DNA from: a virus
Virus record (IMG/VR): IMGVR_UViG_3300025528_000383
Reading direction: 5' to 3' (one strand)
Length of the DNA: 25,596 nt
Within the stretch, counting starts at the first letter, position 1; each line of letters opens with the position of its first letter. The notes under the pieces are model-generated. The model was not told the origin of the DNA and did not search any database. It worked only from the letters and a program-made list of their open reading frames with translations. Below are positions 16,243 through 23,648 of this stretch, piece by piece. Both the position numbers and the translations under genes were made by a program.

Positions 16243-18168
16243 TCACAAGTCCACGTTGGCGTTCGGGGCTTCCTGAATGATGAATTCTCGCCTTGGCTCC
16301 ACCTTCGCTCCCATGAGAAGAGTGGTAATGACATCCGCCTCCACGGCGTCTTCAATCTGAATCAGCCCAAGCCTTCTTGTTTTTGGATTCATAGTGGTTT
16401 CCCATAACTGTTCGGAACTCATCTCCCCCAGCCCCTTGTACCGCTGGATGTCCTTGACAACATGACGGCCATACTTTTCCCGAAGTCGATCCCTCTCCGC
16501 ATCAGAATAAGCATACACATACGGTGGAAGTCCCTTTTTCTTTTCCAGTTCGAGGCGATAAAGCGGTGGAATCGCCCGGTAGATATGACCTTTCAGGATA
16601 AGCTCCGGTGCATAGCGGTAAAACAAGGTGAGAAGGAGTGTTCGGATGTGACTTCCGTCCACATCGGCGTCCGTCATGATGATGATCTTGTCGTATTCGA
16701 GTTTTGAGAGGTCGAATTGGTCTCCAAAACCACAGCCCAACGCACTAAACAGAGTGGTGATCTCCACATTTTTAAGTGCACGGTCAATGGAGTTTTTCTC
16801 GATATTCAAAATCTTTCCACGGATTGGAAGGATCGCCTGAAAGTTACGGTCCCGGCCTTGCTTGGCGGTGCCGCCAGCCGAATCCCCTTCTACGATGAAC
16901 AGCTCCCGTTTCGACTTGTCCCGAGTCAGGCAACTAGCGAGCTTGCCGTTCGTCTGGAGTTGGATTTCTTTCGATTGTAGGTTAATCCTCGCCCGGTCTT
17001 CCGCCTTTCGTACTTTGAGGGCACGCTCGGCCTGTTCGACGATGTGTTTCAATTCATCCACATGACGATCGAAAAATCTCGCCCCTTCCCGGATAATGCA
17101 GTCTTCCACCGCCGATTTCGCATCGCTCGACCCGAGCCTCGCCTTCACCTGACCCTCATATTGCGGATCCGGGTGGCGGATGGAGATAACTGCGACCATC
17201 CCGCTGCGGATATCCCGACCGTCAAACGGCTCCTTGGCAAGCCTGAGTTCCTTTGCATATTGGTTTACAAGTTTTGTCCAGCCGGCCTTGAAGCCGGTGA
17301 CGTGCGTCCCACCTTCCACGGTGGCAATGTTGTTGCAATAGCTGATGATCTGCTCAGTGAATTCCCGGGTGTATTGGAGGGCAATGTCAATTTCGATTCC
17401 GTTCGACACCCCGGAAAACGAGATGATCTCTCCGGTCGCTTCCCGATCTGCGTTAAGCCTTTTGACAAGGCCTTCGATACCTCTTTCTTCGCAAAACCGG
17501 ACGGACTCCGCCGTGCGTTCATCAAAGAGCCACAAGATGAGCCCCTTGTTCAGGTAGGCGGTCTCTTGAAGGCGTTTCCGCACCGTCTCAAAAGAGAATT
17601 CGACGGTCTCAAAAATTGCCCTATCCGGTTTGAACCGAATCTTTGTCCCGGTGTGATCCGCTTTTCCAATCTCGGGAAGCGTCCCCTTTTGGGTGAGTTC
17701 GACCACGGGTTTTCCGCCGTTTTCGTAGCGGTCGTGATGCACCTTCCCTTCCCGATAGATTTCTACATCGAGCCATTCGGAAAGGGCGTTCACGACGGAA
17801 GCTCCCACGCCGTGGAGGCCGCCTGAAATTTTGTAGGTTGAGCGGTCGAACTTGCCCCCAGCATGGAGGGTGGTGAAGATGACCCGAGCGGTGGGGATTT
17901 TCGCCTGCGGGTGAATGTCGACGGGAATTCCCCGCCCGTTGTCCTCCACCGTGACGGAGCCGTCCTTGTGGAGGGTCACTTTGATTTCCGTACAGTACCC
18001 AGCCAGATGTTCGTCTATCGCATTGTCGAGGATCTCCCACACAAGGTGGTGCAAGCCTTTTGGACCGGTCGAGCCGATATACATGCCGGGACGGACCCTT
18101 ACAGCGTCGAGCCCCTCCAAGATGGTGATGGAAGACCCGTCATACCGTTTCGCTTCTTGAACAATCAC
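16243..18168 (-). CDS. gyrB: Type IIA DNA topoisomerase subunit B (GyrB/ParE family)
   Basis: VRVRPGMYIG, EILDNAIDE, DNGRGIP, GGLHGVG, EGDSAGG, PIRGKILN, MTDADVDGSHI, QRYKGLGEM. The symbol is family-level. Confidence 0.94.
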   Translation of the reverse strand: MIVQEAKRYDGSSITILEGLDAVRVRPGMYIGSTGPKGLHHLVWEILDNAIDEHLAGYCTEIKVTLHKDGSVTVEDNGRGIPVDIHPQAKIPTARVIFTTLHAGGKFDRSTYKISGGLHGVGASVVNALSEWLDVEIYREGKVHHDRYENGGKPVVELTQKGTLPEIGKADHTGTKIRFKPDRAIFETVEFSFETVRKRLQETAYLNKGLILWLFDERTAESVRFCEERGIEGLVKRLNADREATGEIISFSGVSNGIEIDIALQYTREFTEQIISYCNNIATVEGGTHVTGFKAGWTKLVNQYAKELRLAKEPFDGRDIRSGMVAVISIRHPDPQYEGQVKARLGSSDAKSAVEDCIIREGARFFDRHVDELKHIVEQAERALKVRKAEDRARINLQSKEIQLQTNGKLASCLTRDKSKRELFIVEGDSAGGTAKQGRDRNFQAILPIRGKILNIEKNSIDRALKNVEITTLFSALGCGFGDQFDLSKLEYDKIIIMTDADVDGSHIRTLLLTLFYRYAPELILKGHIYRAIPPLYRLELEKKKGLPPYVYAYSDAERDRLREKYGRHVVKDIQRYKGLGEMSSEQLWETTMNPKTRRLGLIQIEDAVEADVITTLLMGAKVEPRREFIIQEAPNANVDL

Positions 18169-18198
18169 GTTTTAATGCACTCCTTTCAGTCGGCAAAT

Positions 18199-19254
18199 CT
18201 ATCCTATTGGGAATAGGCAGGTGGTCGTGCTAAGAAAACATGGGCTTTCTCCAATTCGTTCAAATTCCGCTCGCACGATTTTTCCCCGTCGGATTTCGGG
18301 GCGAAACTTGTAGATGTCCGTCTGGGTTCCTCCATCCAATAGCGGGCGGACGAGTTCCGGATAATTGCGTGGCAGGATGGCGATGAAACGCACCCGTTCT
18401 GTGCGGAACCGCTTCTTGATCTCTTCCGTGTAATACCATTTCTGCCAAATAAGATCCGTGTCTTTTTCGACTTTGAGCTCAACGACAACGATGGCTCCTT
18501 CCCGATCTTTGGCGAGGATGTCAATCCTCCCGTTTGGAAGCAGATATTGGTGTCCGACGAGTTTCAGTCCCGATTCGATATCCTCCAGATGTTCCATTAC
18601 GTATCGTTCCAATTCAGATTCCGCCACGAGCTCCGCATCCTCCACCTTCTCGTTGAAGGCGGCAATCTCTCGCTGGCAGACTTCCTCCAAGGTGAGCTTC
18701 AGATTGATTTCACAGTAGTGAAAATGCGGGAGGTTTTTCGGGAGTGTCACCTTCGCTCCATACGCTCCATTCAACTTATCCAACATCCATTTTTTCACGA
18801 CGAACGGATAGACCCGCTTGTTCCGATATTTCTGCGACTTCCGTTTGGCTTCCCGTAGCCAGGTCTCTACCTCTTTTTGTGCTCTTTTCCACTCTTTCAG
18901 GGGGTCCGGATCTTGACTGGAAAGGATTCGATCCATACCGAGACGATGGAGGAGGTCGTCGTAGATGTTTTTGAGTGGGGTTCCAATGTTGGTGGTCACT
19001 GGCACGGGGACGCCCTTGTAGAGGAACCTCCCGTCTTGGACGGGGATTGCCAAGTCTTCTATCCAGAACCTCATGAAAAAAGCCGGTAGCTCCGTTGCCC
19101 CGACCCGTGGGATTTTCAAACCATCCATGTAAACAATGAGACTCCGGCGGAACAGGTACGGCAGGAGCGTCTTCCGGTCAATGCCGTATAGCCGTTCCGA
19201 TTCCGCCACAAACACCTCTTCCAGTTCTGATTCATACATCGCCGCTTCCAGCAT
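18199..19254 (-). CDS. Protein with C-terminal NucS/EndoMS-like PD-(D/E)XK nuclease domain
   Basis: ESELERYV...GRIDILAKDREGAIVVVELK; N-terminal ~200 aa not recognised. Confidence 0.78.
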   Translation of the reverse strand: MLEAAMYESELEEVFVAESERLYGIDRKTLLPYLFRRSLIVYMDGLKIPRVGATELPAFFMRFWIEDLAIPVQDGRFLYKGVPVPVTTNIGTPLKNIYDDLLHRLGMDRILSSQDPDPLKEWKRAQKEVETWLREAKRKSQKYRNKRVYPFVVKKWMLDKLNGAYGAKVTLPKNLPHFHYCEINLKLTLEEVCQREIAAFNEKVEDAELVAESELERYVMEHLEDIESGLKLVGHQYLLPNGRIDILAKDREGAIVVVELKVEKDTDLIWQKWYYTEEIKKRFRTERVRFIAILPRNYPELVRPLLDGGTQTDIYKFRPEIRRGKIVRAEFERIGESPCFLSTTTCLFPIG

Positions 19255-19296
19255 AGATGGTCCCCGCTTCCTTGATTTGTTCCCAAGTCTATCTTT

Positions 19297-19384
19297 ATTG
19301 TATGATTACAATTGCCTATAGTCAATAAAATAATGCTTTCTGCCTTCGTTCGTTATTGATATTACCTATAGGCAATAGTATTAT
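19297..19384. promoter_or_regulatory. Divergent sigma-A promoters, each with a palindromic operator
   Basis: Minus: TTGACT-N17-TACAAT (19325..19297) with ATTGCCTATAGTCAAT at 19311-19326. Plus: TTGATA-N17-TATTAT (19356..19384) with ATTACCTATAGGCAAT at 19361-19376. Confidence 0.75.
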
Positions 19385-19488
19385 TAAGAAAAGAATATAA
19401 TTCTGGAAAGGGTTTCTCTCCCTTTCGATTCTCAAGTGAGTCGGTATTTCTTAAAAGAACTTTACATCCTTTTAAAGGAGAGATGTGT

Positions 19489-20097
19489 ATGGTTAAATCC
19501 AGTGAACCCCGATACGAAAATTTTCAAGTGTATCGGGTGGACGGGAAAAACAAGTTTCTCGAAATCCTGTCCAGAAGTTTTGAGATCGGTAAAGTCATAT
19601 TCAACTTTGTTGAGTATGACGATACCAAAGCCGCAGGAAGCCGAATCACCCAACAAGTCATGATTTACATGGATTTTCCAAAGTTCAGAGTCTTCGCCCA
19701 TGACATGTTATCGGGTCGTTTCGCCAAAATGGCGGAAAATAAAAACAACCCGATCTTCCAAGACTTGACGGGGACCTCTTCAGAACGGCTTGCCGCTCAA
19801 AACCGGGCAAGGGAAGACGGGAAAGCGGAATCCCGTAAACTGACTCTTAGTCCTGCCGCAAAAGGCTTCTTCCTCACTGCTGAAGCCGGGCCTGGGGAAG
19901 AGTCGGAAACGGGGTTAATCAAACCTACCGGTAATGTGGAAAGACGTGTGTCCATTTTGCTTGATCCGGACCATGCCAAGGAGCTGGTACTCACTACCCT
20001 GGCGGCTATGGACGCTTATGAAACCGCCAAGGAAACCGTACGCCAGTTCGAAGCCATCCGGAAAGCCCGACTCAACCCGTCCGGGAAGACGGCTTGA
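19489..20097 (+). CDS. Hypothetical protein, possible Whirly/PC4-like ssDNA-binding fold
   Basis: RBS AAAGGAG 8 nt before ATG 19489; 202 aa with two beta-meander plus helix units. Confidence 0.7.
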   Translation: MVKSSEPRYENFQVYRVDGKNKFLEILSRSFEIGKVIFNFVEYDDTKAAGSRITQQVMIYMDFPKFRVFAHDMLSGRFAKMAENKNNPIFQDLTGTSSERLAAQNRAREDGKAESRKLTLSPAAKGFFLTAEAGPGEESETGLIKPTGNVERRVSILLDPDHAKELVLTTLAAMDAYETAKETVRQFEAIRKARLNPSGKTA

Positions 20098-20112
20098 TCG
20101 CTTTTTTGGCAC

Positions 20113-20150
20113 AAGATGTCCCGCCCCATTGAAGGAGCGGGACATCTTTT
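20113..20150 (+). terminator. Terminator-like hairpin
   Basis: AAGATGTCCCGC...GCGGGACATCTT-TT. Confidence 0.65.
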
Positions 20151-20173
20151 AAATTCACATAGGAGGAAAAAGC

Positions 20174-20413
20174 ATGCAGGTCATTCAATTTGAGGATCGG
20201 CTAAGTTGGAGAGCCGCTCGGTTATATGCAAAGTTACGGGATTATCGCATTAGAACATTGGCAAACAGCCTTGAAAACGGGCAACCAGTTTATTACGTCT
20301 GGCTGTATCAGATGACGTCGGAACAAGCCCAAGACATGAAACACCGTGTGTCATCCCTCCCTGGAGCCATGTGGTTGACCGACCCGGAAGAAGTTTCAAC
20401 CGAAGGATATTAA
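20174..20413 (+). CDS. Hypothetical protein (79 aa)
   Basis: RBS AGGAGG; co-oriented small gene. Confidence 0.7.
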   Translation: MQVIQFEDRLSWRAARLYAKLRDYRIRTLANSLENGQPVYYVWLYQMTSEQAQDMKHRVSSLPGAMWLTDPEEVSTEGY

Positions 20414-20447
20414 GAGGCGATTTAAAAAACGGAAAGGATGATTGTAC

Positions 20448-20801
20448 ATGGGATACATCCGCCACAACGCCATCGTCGTCACGGCGGACGGTAACGATGT
20501 TGCATATCAACGTCTGAATCTTGCCTATAGAAAGGCAAAAGAATTGTTCGGGGATCTCGTGAGCGAGATTGTCGATTCGCCGTGGAACAAGCATCGTTCA
20601 TTTTTTATTGCTCCTGACGGCAGCAAGGAAGGTTGGGAACCATCCAATGAGTTCGATGTCAAACGGACTGAGTTTGCCGATTTCCTAGACAACCTTGCTT
20701 TTGAGGACGGATCGAATTGCATCCGGTTTGTCGATGTCGCTTTCGACGAAAAACACCAAGCGAAAGTGATGCGAACAAACCGCCCCATGGAAGTAGAATG
20801 A
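20448..20801 (+). CDS. Hypothetical protein (117 aa)
   Basis: RBS GAAAGGGA 8 nt before ATG 20448; contains FFIAPDGSKEGW. Confidence 0.7.
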   Translation: MGYIRHNAIVVTADGNDVAYQRLNLAYRKAKELFGDLVSEIVDSPWNKHRSFFIAPDGSKEGWEPSNEFDVKRTEFADFLDNLAFEDGSNCIRFVDVAFDEKHQAKVMRTNRPMEVE

Positions 20802-20861
20802 TATCTTTACGAACAGAACTGTTAATGTGTGGTTCGTAAGCGATTCAAAGGAGGCAATATC

Positions 20862-21071
20862 ATGCTGGATAAAAAGGAAGTTGTTAGGTTCTTTCATAAG
20901 AATTTCCAAAAATTGGGATGGAGAGAAAAGAGAGTTTTTGTTTATTCCTCTGATTGTATCTCAATAGAAGAAACCAAGAATCCCGGATTGTACAAAATAT
21001 CGAGTCCTTTTGGAAGTTTTGAGTTTGCATGGAACTTAGCGGGATATGAAAGGGGAACAGTATTGGGCTAA
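20862..21071 (+). CDS. Hypothetical protein (69 aa)
   Basis: RBS AAAGGAGG before ATG 20862; lower GC; followed by a terminator. Confidence 0.65.
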   Translation: MLDKKEVVRFFHKNFQKLGWREKRVFVYSSDCISIEETKNPGLYKISSPFGSFEFAWNLAGYERGTVLG

Positions 21072-21088
21072 GAAAAAAAGTAAAAACA

Positions 21089-21127
21089 ATGGTGTTCCTT
21101 TGGAAACTGGGAACGCCATCTTTTTTT
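21089..21127 (+). terminator. Intrinsic terminator
   Basis: ATGGTGTTCC...GGAACGCCAT-CTTTTTTT. Confidence 0.75.
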
Positions 21128-21141
21128 GAAAATTGCCTAGT

Positions 21142-21191
21142 AAAAAGCATAGATAAAGGCGTTTCACCGCAAAGGATGGAACGCCTTTATC
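21142..21191 (-). terminator. Hairpin/terminator downstream of the sigma gene
   Basis: GATAAAGGCGTT...AACGCCTTTATC 12-bp perfect stem. Confidence 0.6.
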
Positions 21192-21286
21192 AGTTGGAAT
21201 TCGCAATATAGGATAAGTTCGGTTCCATCCGTAGCGGAGTGGATGGAAGACTCGTGTGAAGATTTACTCGTTTGGGGATTTAGGGT

Positions 21287-21916
21287 TCAGGAGGCATATC
21301 GATCGAAGTGTTCCTCGAATAGCTCAATGTCATCTTCGTTTTCACTCATCAAGAACTTCTTAATCTTCTTCATGCAATTCTTTTGGATCTTGGAGACATT
21401 GGCCTGCGACATATTGATTTCAGCGGCGATCTCCTTCTGTGTTTTAAATTCGCATCCGTTCAATCCGTAGCGGTGGTTGATGATGTATTGCTCCAGCTCG
21501 GAAAGTTGACTCACCGCTCGCAGAATCACCTCGTGATTCTCCTTTCGGACAAGCAGTTCGCTAACCTCTTTTGCTTCATCACTTTTGTCGGACAGGATGT
21601 TGTAGAGTTCGAAGTCGTTCCCGTTCTTGTCCGTGGATAACACGAGGTTATAGGAGACATTGTGATCAGATTGTCTTCGTTCTTTCCGGAGGAAAAACCG
21701 CACCTCGTTCTTCATGCAATTGACGGCGTAAGTGGAAAACTTTGCTCCCCGAGCTTTATCGAAGGAGTTTAGGGCTTTCGTGAAACCAAACATCGCCGCC
21801 CCATAGAGGTCGTCGTAGTCGATGCGGGTGTTTCGAAACTTGTTGGCCACGAAATGAACGAGCTGCAAATTCTCCTCCGCCATCCGATTTTTTTCTTCTT
21901 CGGTCAAAAGCGGCAT
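21287..21916 (-). CDS. Sigma-70 family RNA polymerase sigma factor, sporulation (SigE/SigK)-like, with no pro-sequence
   Basis: Region 2 ENLQLVHFVANKF, DDL...GFTKALNSFD..GAKFSTYAVNCMKNEVRFFLRK; LSTDKNGNDFELYNIL linker; region 4 RYGLNG..KTQKEIA..INMSQANVSKI; RBS AAAGGGGTGA. Confidence 0.9.
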   Translation of the reverse strand: MPLLTEEEKNRMAEENLQLVHFVANKFRNTRIDYDDLYGAAMFGFTKALNSFDKARGAKFSTYAVNCMKNEVRFFLRKERRQSDHNVSYNLVLSTDKNGNDFELYNILSDKSDEAKEVSELLVRKENHEVILRAVSQLSELEQYIINHRYGLNGCEFKTQKEIAAEINMSQANVSKIQKNCMKKIKKFLMSENEDDIELFEEHFDRYAS

Positions 21917-21933
21917 CGGCTCACCCCTTTACG

Positions 21934-21949
21934 GTTGACTATAGGTTAT
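21934..21949 (-). promoter_or_regulatory. Palindromic operator just upstream of the sigma gene RBS
   Basis: ATAACCTATAGTCAAC (minus strand) matches the 8-copy consensus. Confidence 0.6.
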
Positions 21950-22170
21950 GGTACATTTTCATCATAAGAATTATTCCTTCCCTTCTCTCGTTTTTTCGGT
22001 CCAAGACCGTCCGACATCATTTAAACCAGTTGTAACCCACACGTTATTAGGGTTTCACGCACAAAAAAATAGCAGGCTCCAGATCCAGAGCCTTTGCCGC
22101 CTTATTGTCAATAGGAGTCTTTGTTGTTATAGCGAACCTTCCCCTGGTTTAACCGGAAAACAGGATAAAC

Positions 22171-22194
22171 AAAAGGAGCCTTTAGGCTCCCTTT
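22171..22194. terminator. Terminator hairpin, repeat copy A
   Basis: AAAAGGAGCC-TTTA-GGCTCCCTTT. Confidence 0.65.
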
Positions 22195-22394
22195 CATAAC
22201 TCATCTGACAAATCTATTACTTTTTTTACAAACCACAATTCCCCTCTATCAACAGCCACAAGTCTAAATCCTTTTTTTTGGAGATATAGTATCGCATCTG
22301 GGCCATTTTCGAAAACTTTTGATTCAAACCGTTCTTTTGTATAGATGAATGTACCTCCATCATCATAAACTTTCGCATGAATATATTTCTCCAT
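22194..22394 (-). CDS. Hypothetical protein (66 aa)
   Basis: RBS AAAGGGAGG before ATG 22394; low GC; has its own promoter and terminator. Confidence 0.7.
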   Translation of the reverse strand: MEKYIHAKVYDDGGTFIYTKERFESKVFENGPDAILYLQKKGFRLVAVDRGELWFVKKVIDLSDEL

Positions 22395-22460
22395 ATAATC
22401 TTTCCTCCCTTTCAATTTCATTGCCTGAAAGGCAATCCCTCATTTTTTTTGATTCCTTCT

Positions 22461-22490
22461 ATGCTATGAAGTTGAGCTCCGGATCATCAC
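22461..22490 (-). promoter_or_regulatory. SigE-like promoter
   Basis: GTGATG-N16-CATAGCAT, 66 nt before the ATG. Confidence 0.65.
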
Positions 22491-22508
22491 CGGTGAACAA
22501 AGTGAAAT

Positions 22509-22535
22509 AAAAGGAGCCTATAGGCCCCTTTTTTT
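22509..22535. terminator. Terminator hairpin after the thioredoxin gene, repeat copy B
   Basis: AAAAGGAGCC-TATA-GGCCCCTTTT; 21/24 identical to 22171-22194. Confidence 0.65.
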
Positions 22536-22560
22536 GTTATTGAGCGGAATGAACGGCGTG

Positions 22561-23469
22561 TCAGTTTTTGCTCTTCCCGCTTTCTTTCGATGATTTAGTC
22601 GCACTCGTGCCGTTATGATCCACACTGTCCTTGTCGATCGCATCTTTTTTGATCAGCTCTTTCTCGGAAATTTCCTTCCCGTTCTTATCCACTCGGACGG
22701 TGATGGTGCGAACATTATCGTAGAGCTTTTCGTCACCGAAGGCCGTCTCAATCATATCCTGGAACATGATGGCATCCTTAGAGCCAATATAGGTGTAACT
22801 GATTCGGCCAGTGTTATCAATAAACACGAAGGTCGGAACTTGTTCCACCATGTATTTGTCAATAGCGAGTTTTTTCAAACCCTTATTATCTTCCAGGCTC
22901 AATACCAGCTTTGGGCGTTTCAGATTGAGACTCTTATAGTAGGCGTTGATATCCTTGTTGCGATCGACTGGAAAAATCGTTACGAAGGTGATGTCGGGGT
23001 TCTTTTTTGCTAATTCAGACAAGATCGGGCTCATTTGTTGGCAGACCGAGCAGGTTGTTTTAGAGAAGGCGAGGATAACATTTCTCCCTTTCAGAGCTGA
23101 TAGTGAGAAATCTTTTCCGTCCATCGTTTTTCCGGAGATTTCCGCAGGTTTTTTCCCGATGTTTTTCAAAGCGTAATTCATTGAAAGCGTGTCCGGGAAG
23201 TTGACTTTGAACAAGTTCATCCCCTTTTCTGTATATTGGGCGAGGATTTCTTCGGGGGATTTCGAATAGTCGATGGTCACGGGTTTTTCCACAAATCGGT
23301 ACGATGCTTCATTTTTCTTGGCAGTCTTATGATGCACCGCTTTATCTGTATGGGCCGTCTCTTTTTCATGATGAGCCGCACCCCACAAGAATCCAAACGA
23401 TATCAAAGCCAAAACGACAAAAGCAACACCAATTCCTCCCAATACCCAGTTTTTCTTTTCTTTTTCCAC
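22561..23469 (-). CDS. Membrane-anchored TlpA/ResA-like thiol-disulfide oxidoreductase
   Basis: N-terminal TM anchor; DGKDFSLSALKGRNVILAF, CSVC active site, cis-Pro loop VPTFVFIDNTG; GTG start with RBS GGAGGTG. Confidence 0.85.
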   Translation of the reverse strand: MEKEKKNWVLGGIGVAFVVLALISFGFLWGAAHHEKETAHTDKAVHHKTAKKNEASYRFVEKPVTIDYSKSPEEILAQYTEKGMNLFKVNFPDTLSMNYALKNIGKKPAEISGKTMDGKDFSLSALKGRNVILAFSKTTCSVCQQMSPILSELAKKNPDITFVTIFPVDRNKDINAYYKSLNLKRPKLVLSLEDNKGLKKLAIDKYMVEQVPTFVFIDNTGRISYTYIGSKDAIMFQDMIETAFGDEKLYDNVRTITVRVDKNGKEISEKELIKKDAIDKDSVDHNGTSATKSSKESGKSKN

Positions 23470-23554
23470 GATCCGACACCTCCGTGGCTTTCGATTTGCA
23501 AAGACGTTCTTCTACGATCGGTTCTTCCGAATCGGACATTTTCTATAAGGAACT

Positions 23555-23611
23555 TTTGCCAATAGGCAATATTTCTTCCTATATTCTAACATACCGTTAA
23601 TTATAGTCAAT
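23555..23611 (-). promoter_or_regulatory. Sigma-A promoter of the thioredoxin gene with two operators
   Basis: TTGACT-N16-TAGAAT with extended TG (23610..23583); operators TTTGCCAATAGGCAAT (23555-23570) and GTTAATTATAGTCAAT (23596-23611). Confidence 0.62.
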
Positions 23612-23618
23612 GGTATTT

Positions 23619-23648
23619 GGTTTAAGTCCCTTTGTATTTGCATAGCAT
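23619..23648 (+). promoter_or_regulatory. SigE-like promoter (weak -35)
   Basis: GGTTTA-N16-CATAGCAT, 56 nt before ATG 23705. Confidence 0.5.

Noticed and set aside
14021-18168. Reading gyrB-gyrA as a chromosomal origin region
   Set aside because: No dnaA, dnaN, recF or rRNA neighbours; flanked by tra and plasmid-type genes; no GyrA-box.
21150-21195. Hammerhead ribozyme look-alike (CTGATAA...GAAA on minus)
   Set aside because: The core needs CUGAnGA and a three-stem junction; this is one long hairpin.
22515-22526. GCCTATAGGC as a ninth operator copy
   Set aside because: Matches the operator core but lacks the TT/AA flanks and is better explained as a terminator stem-loop.
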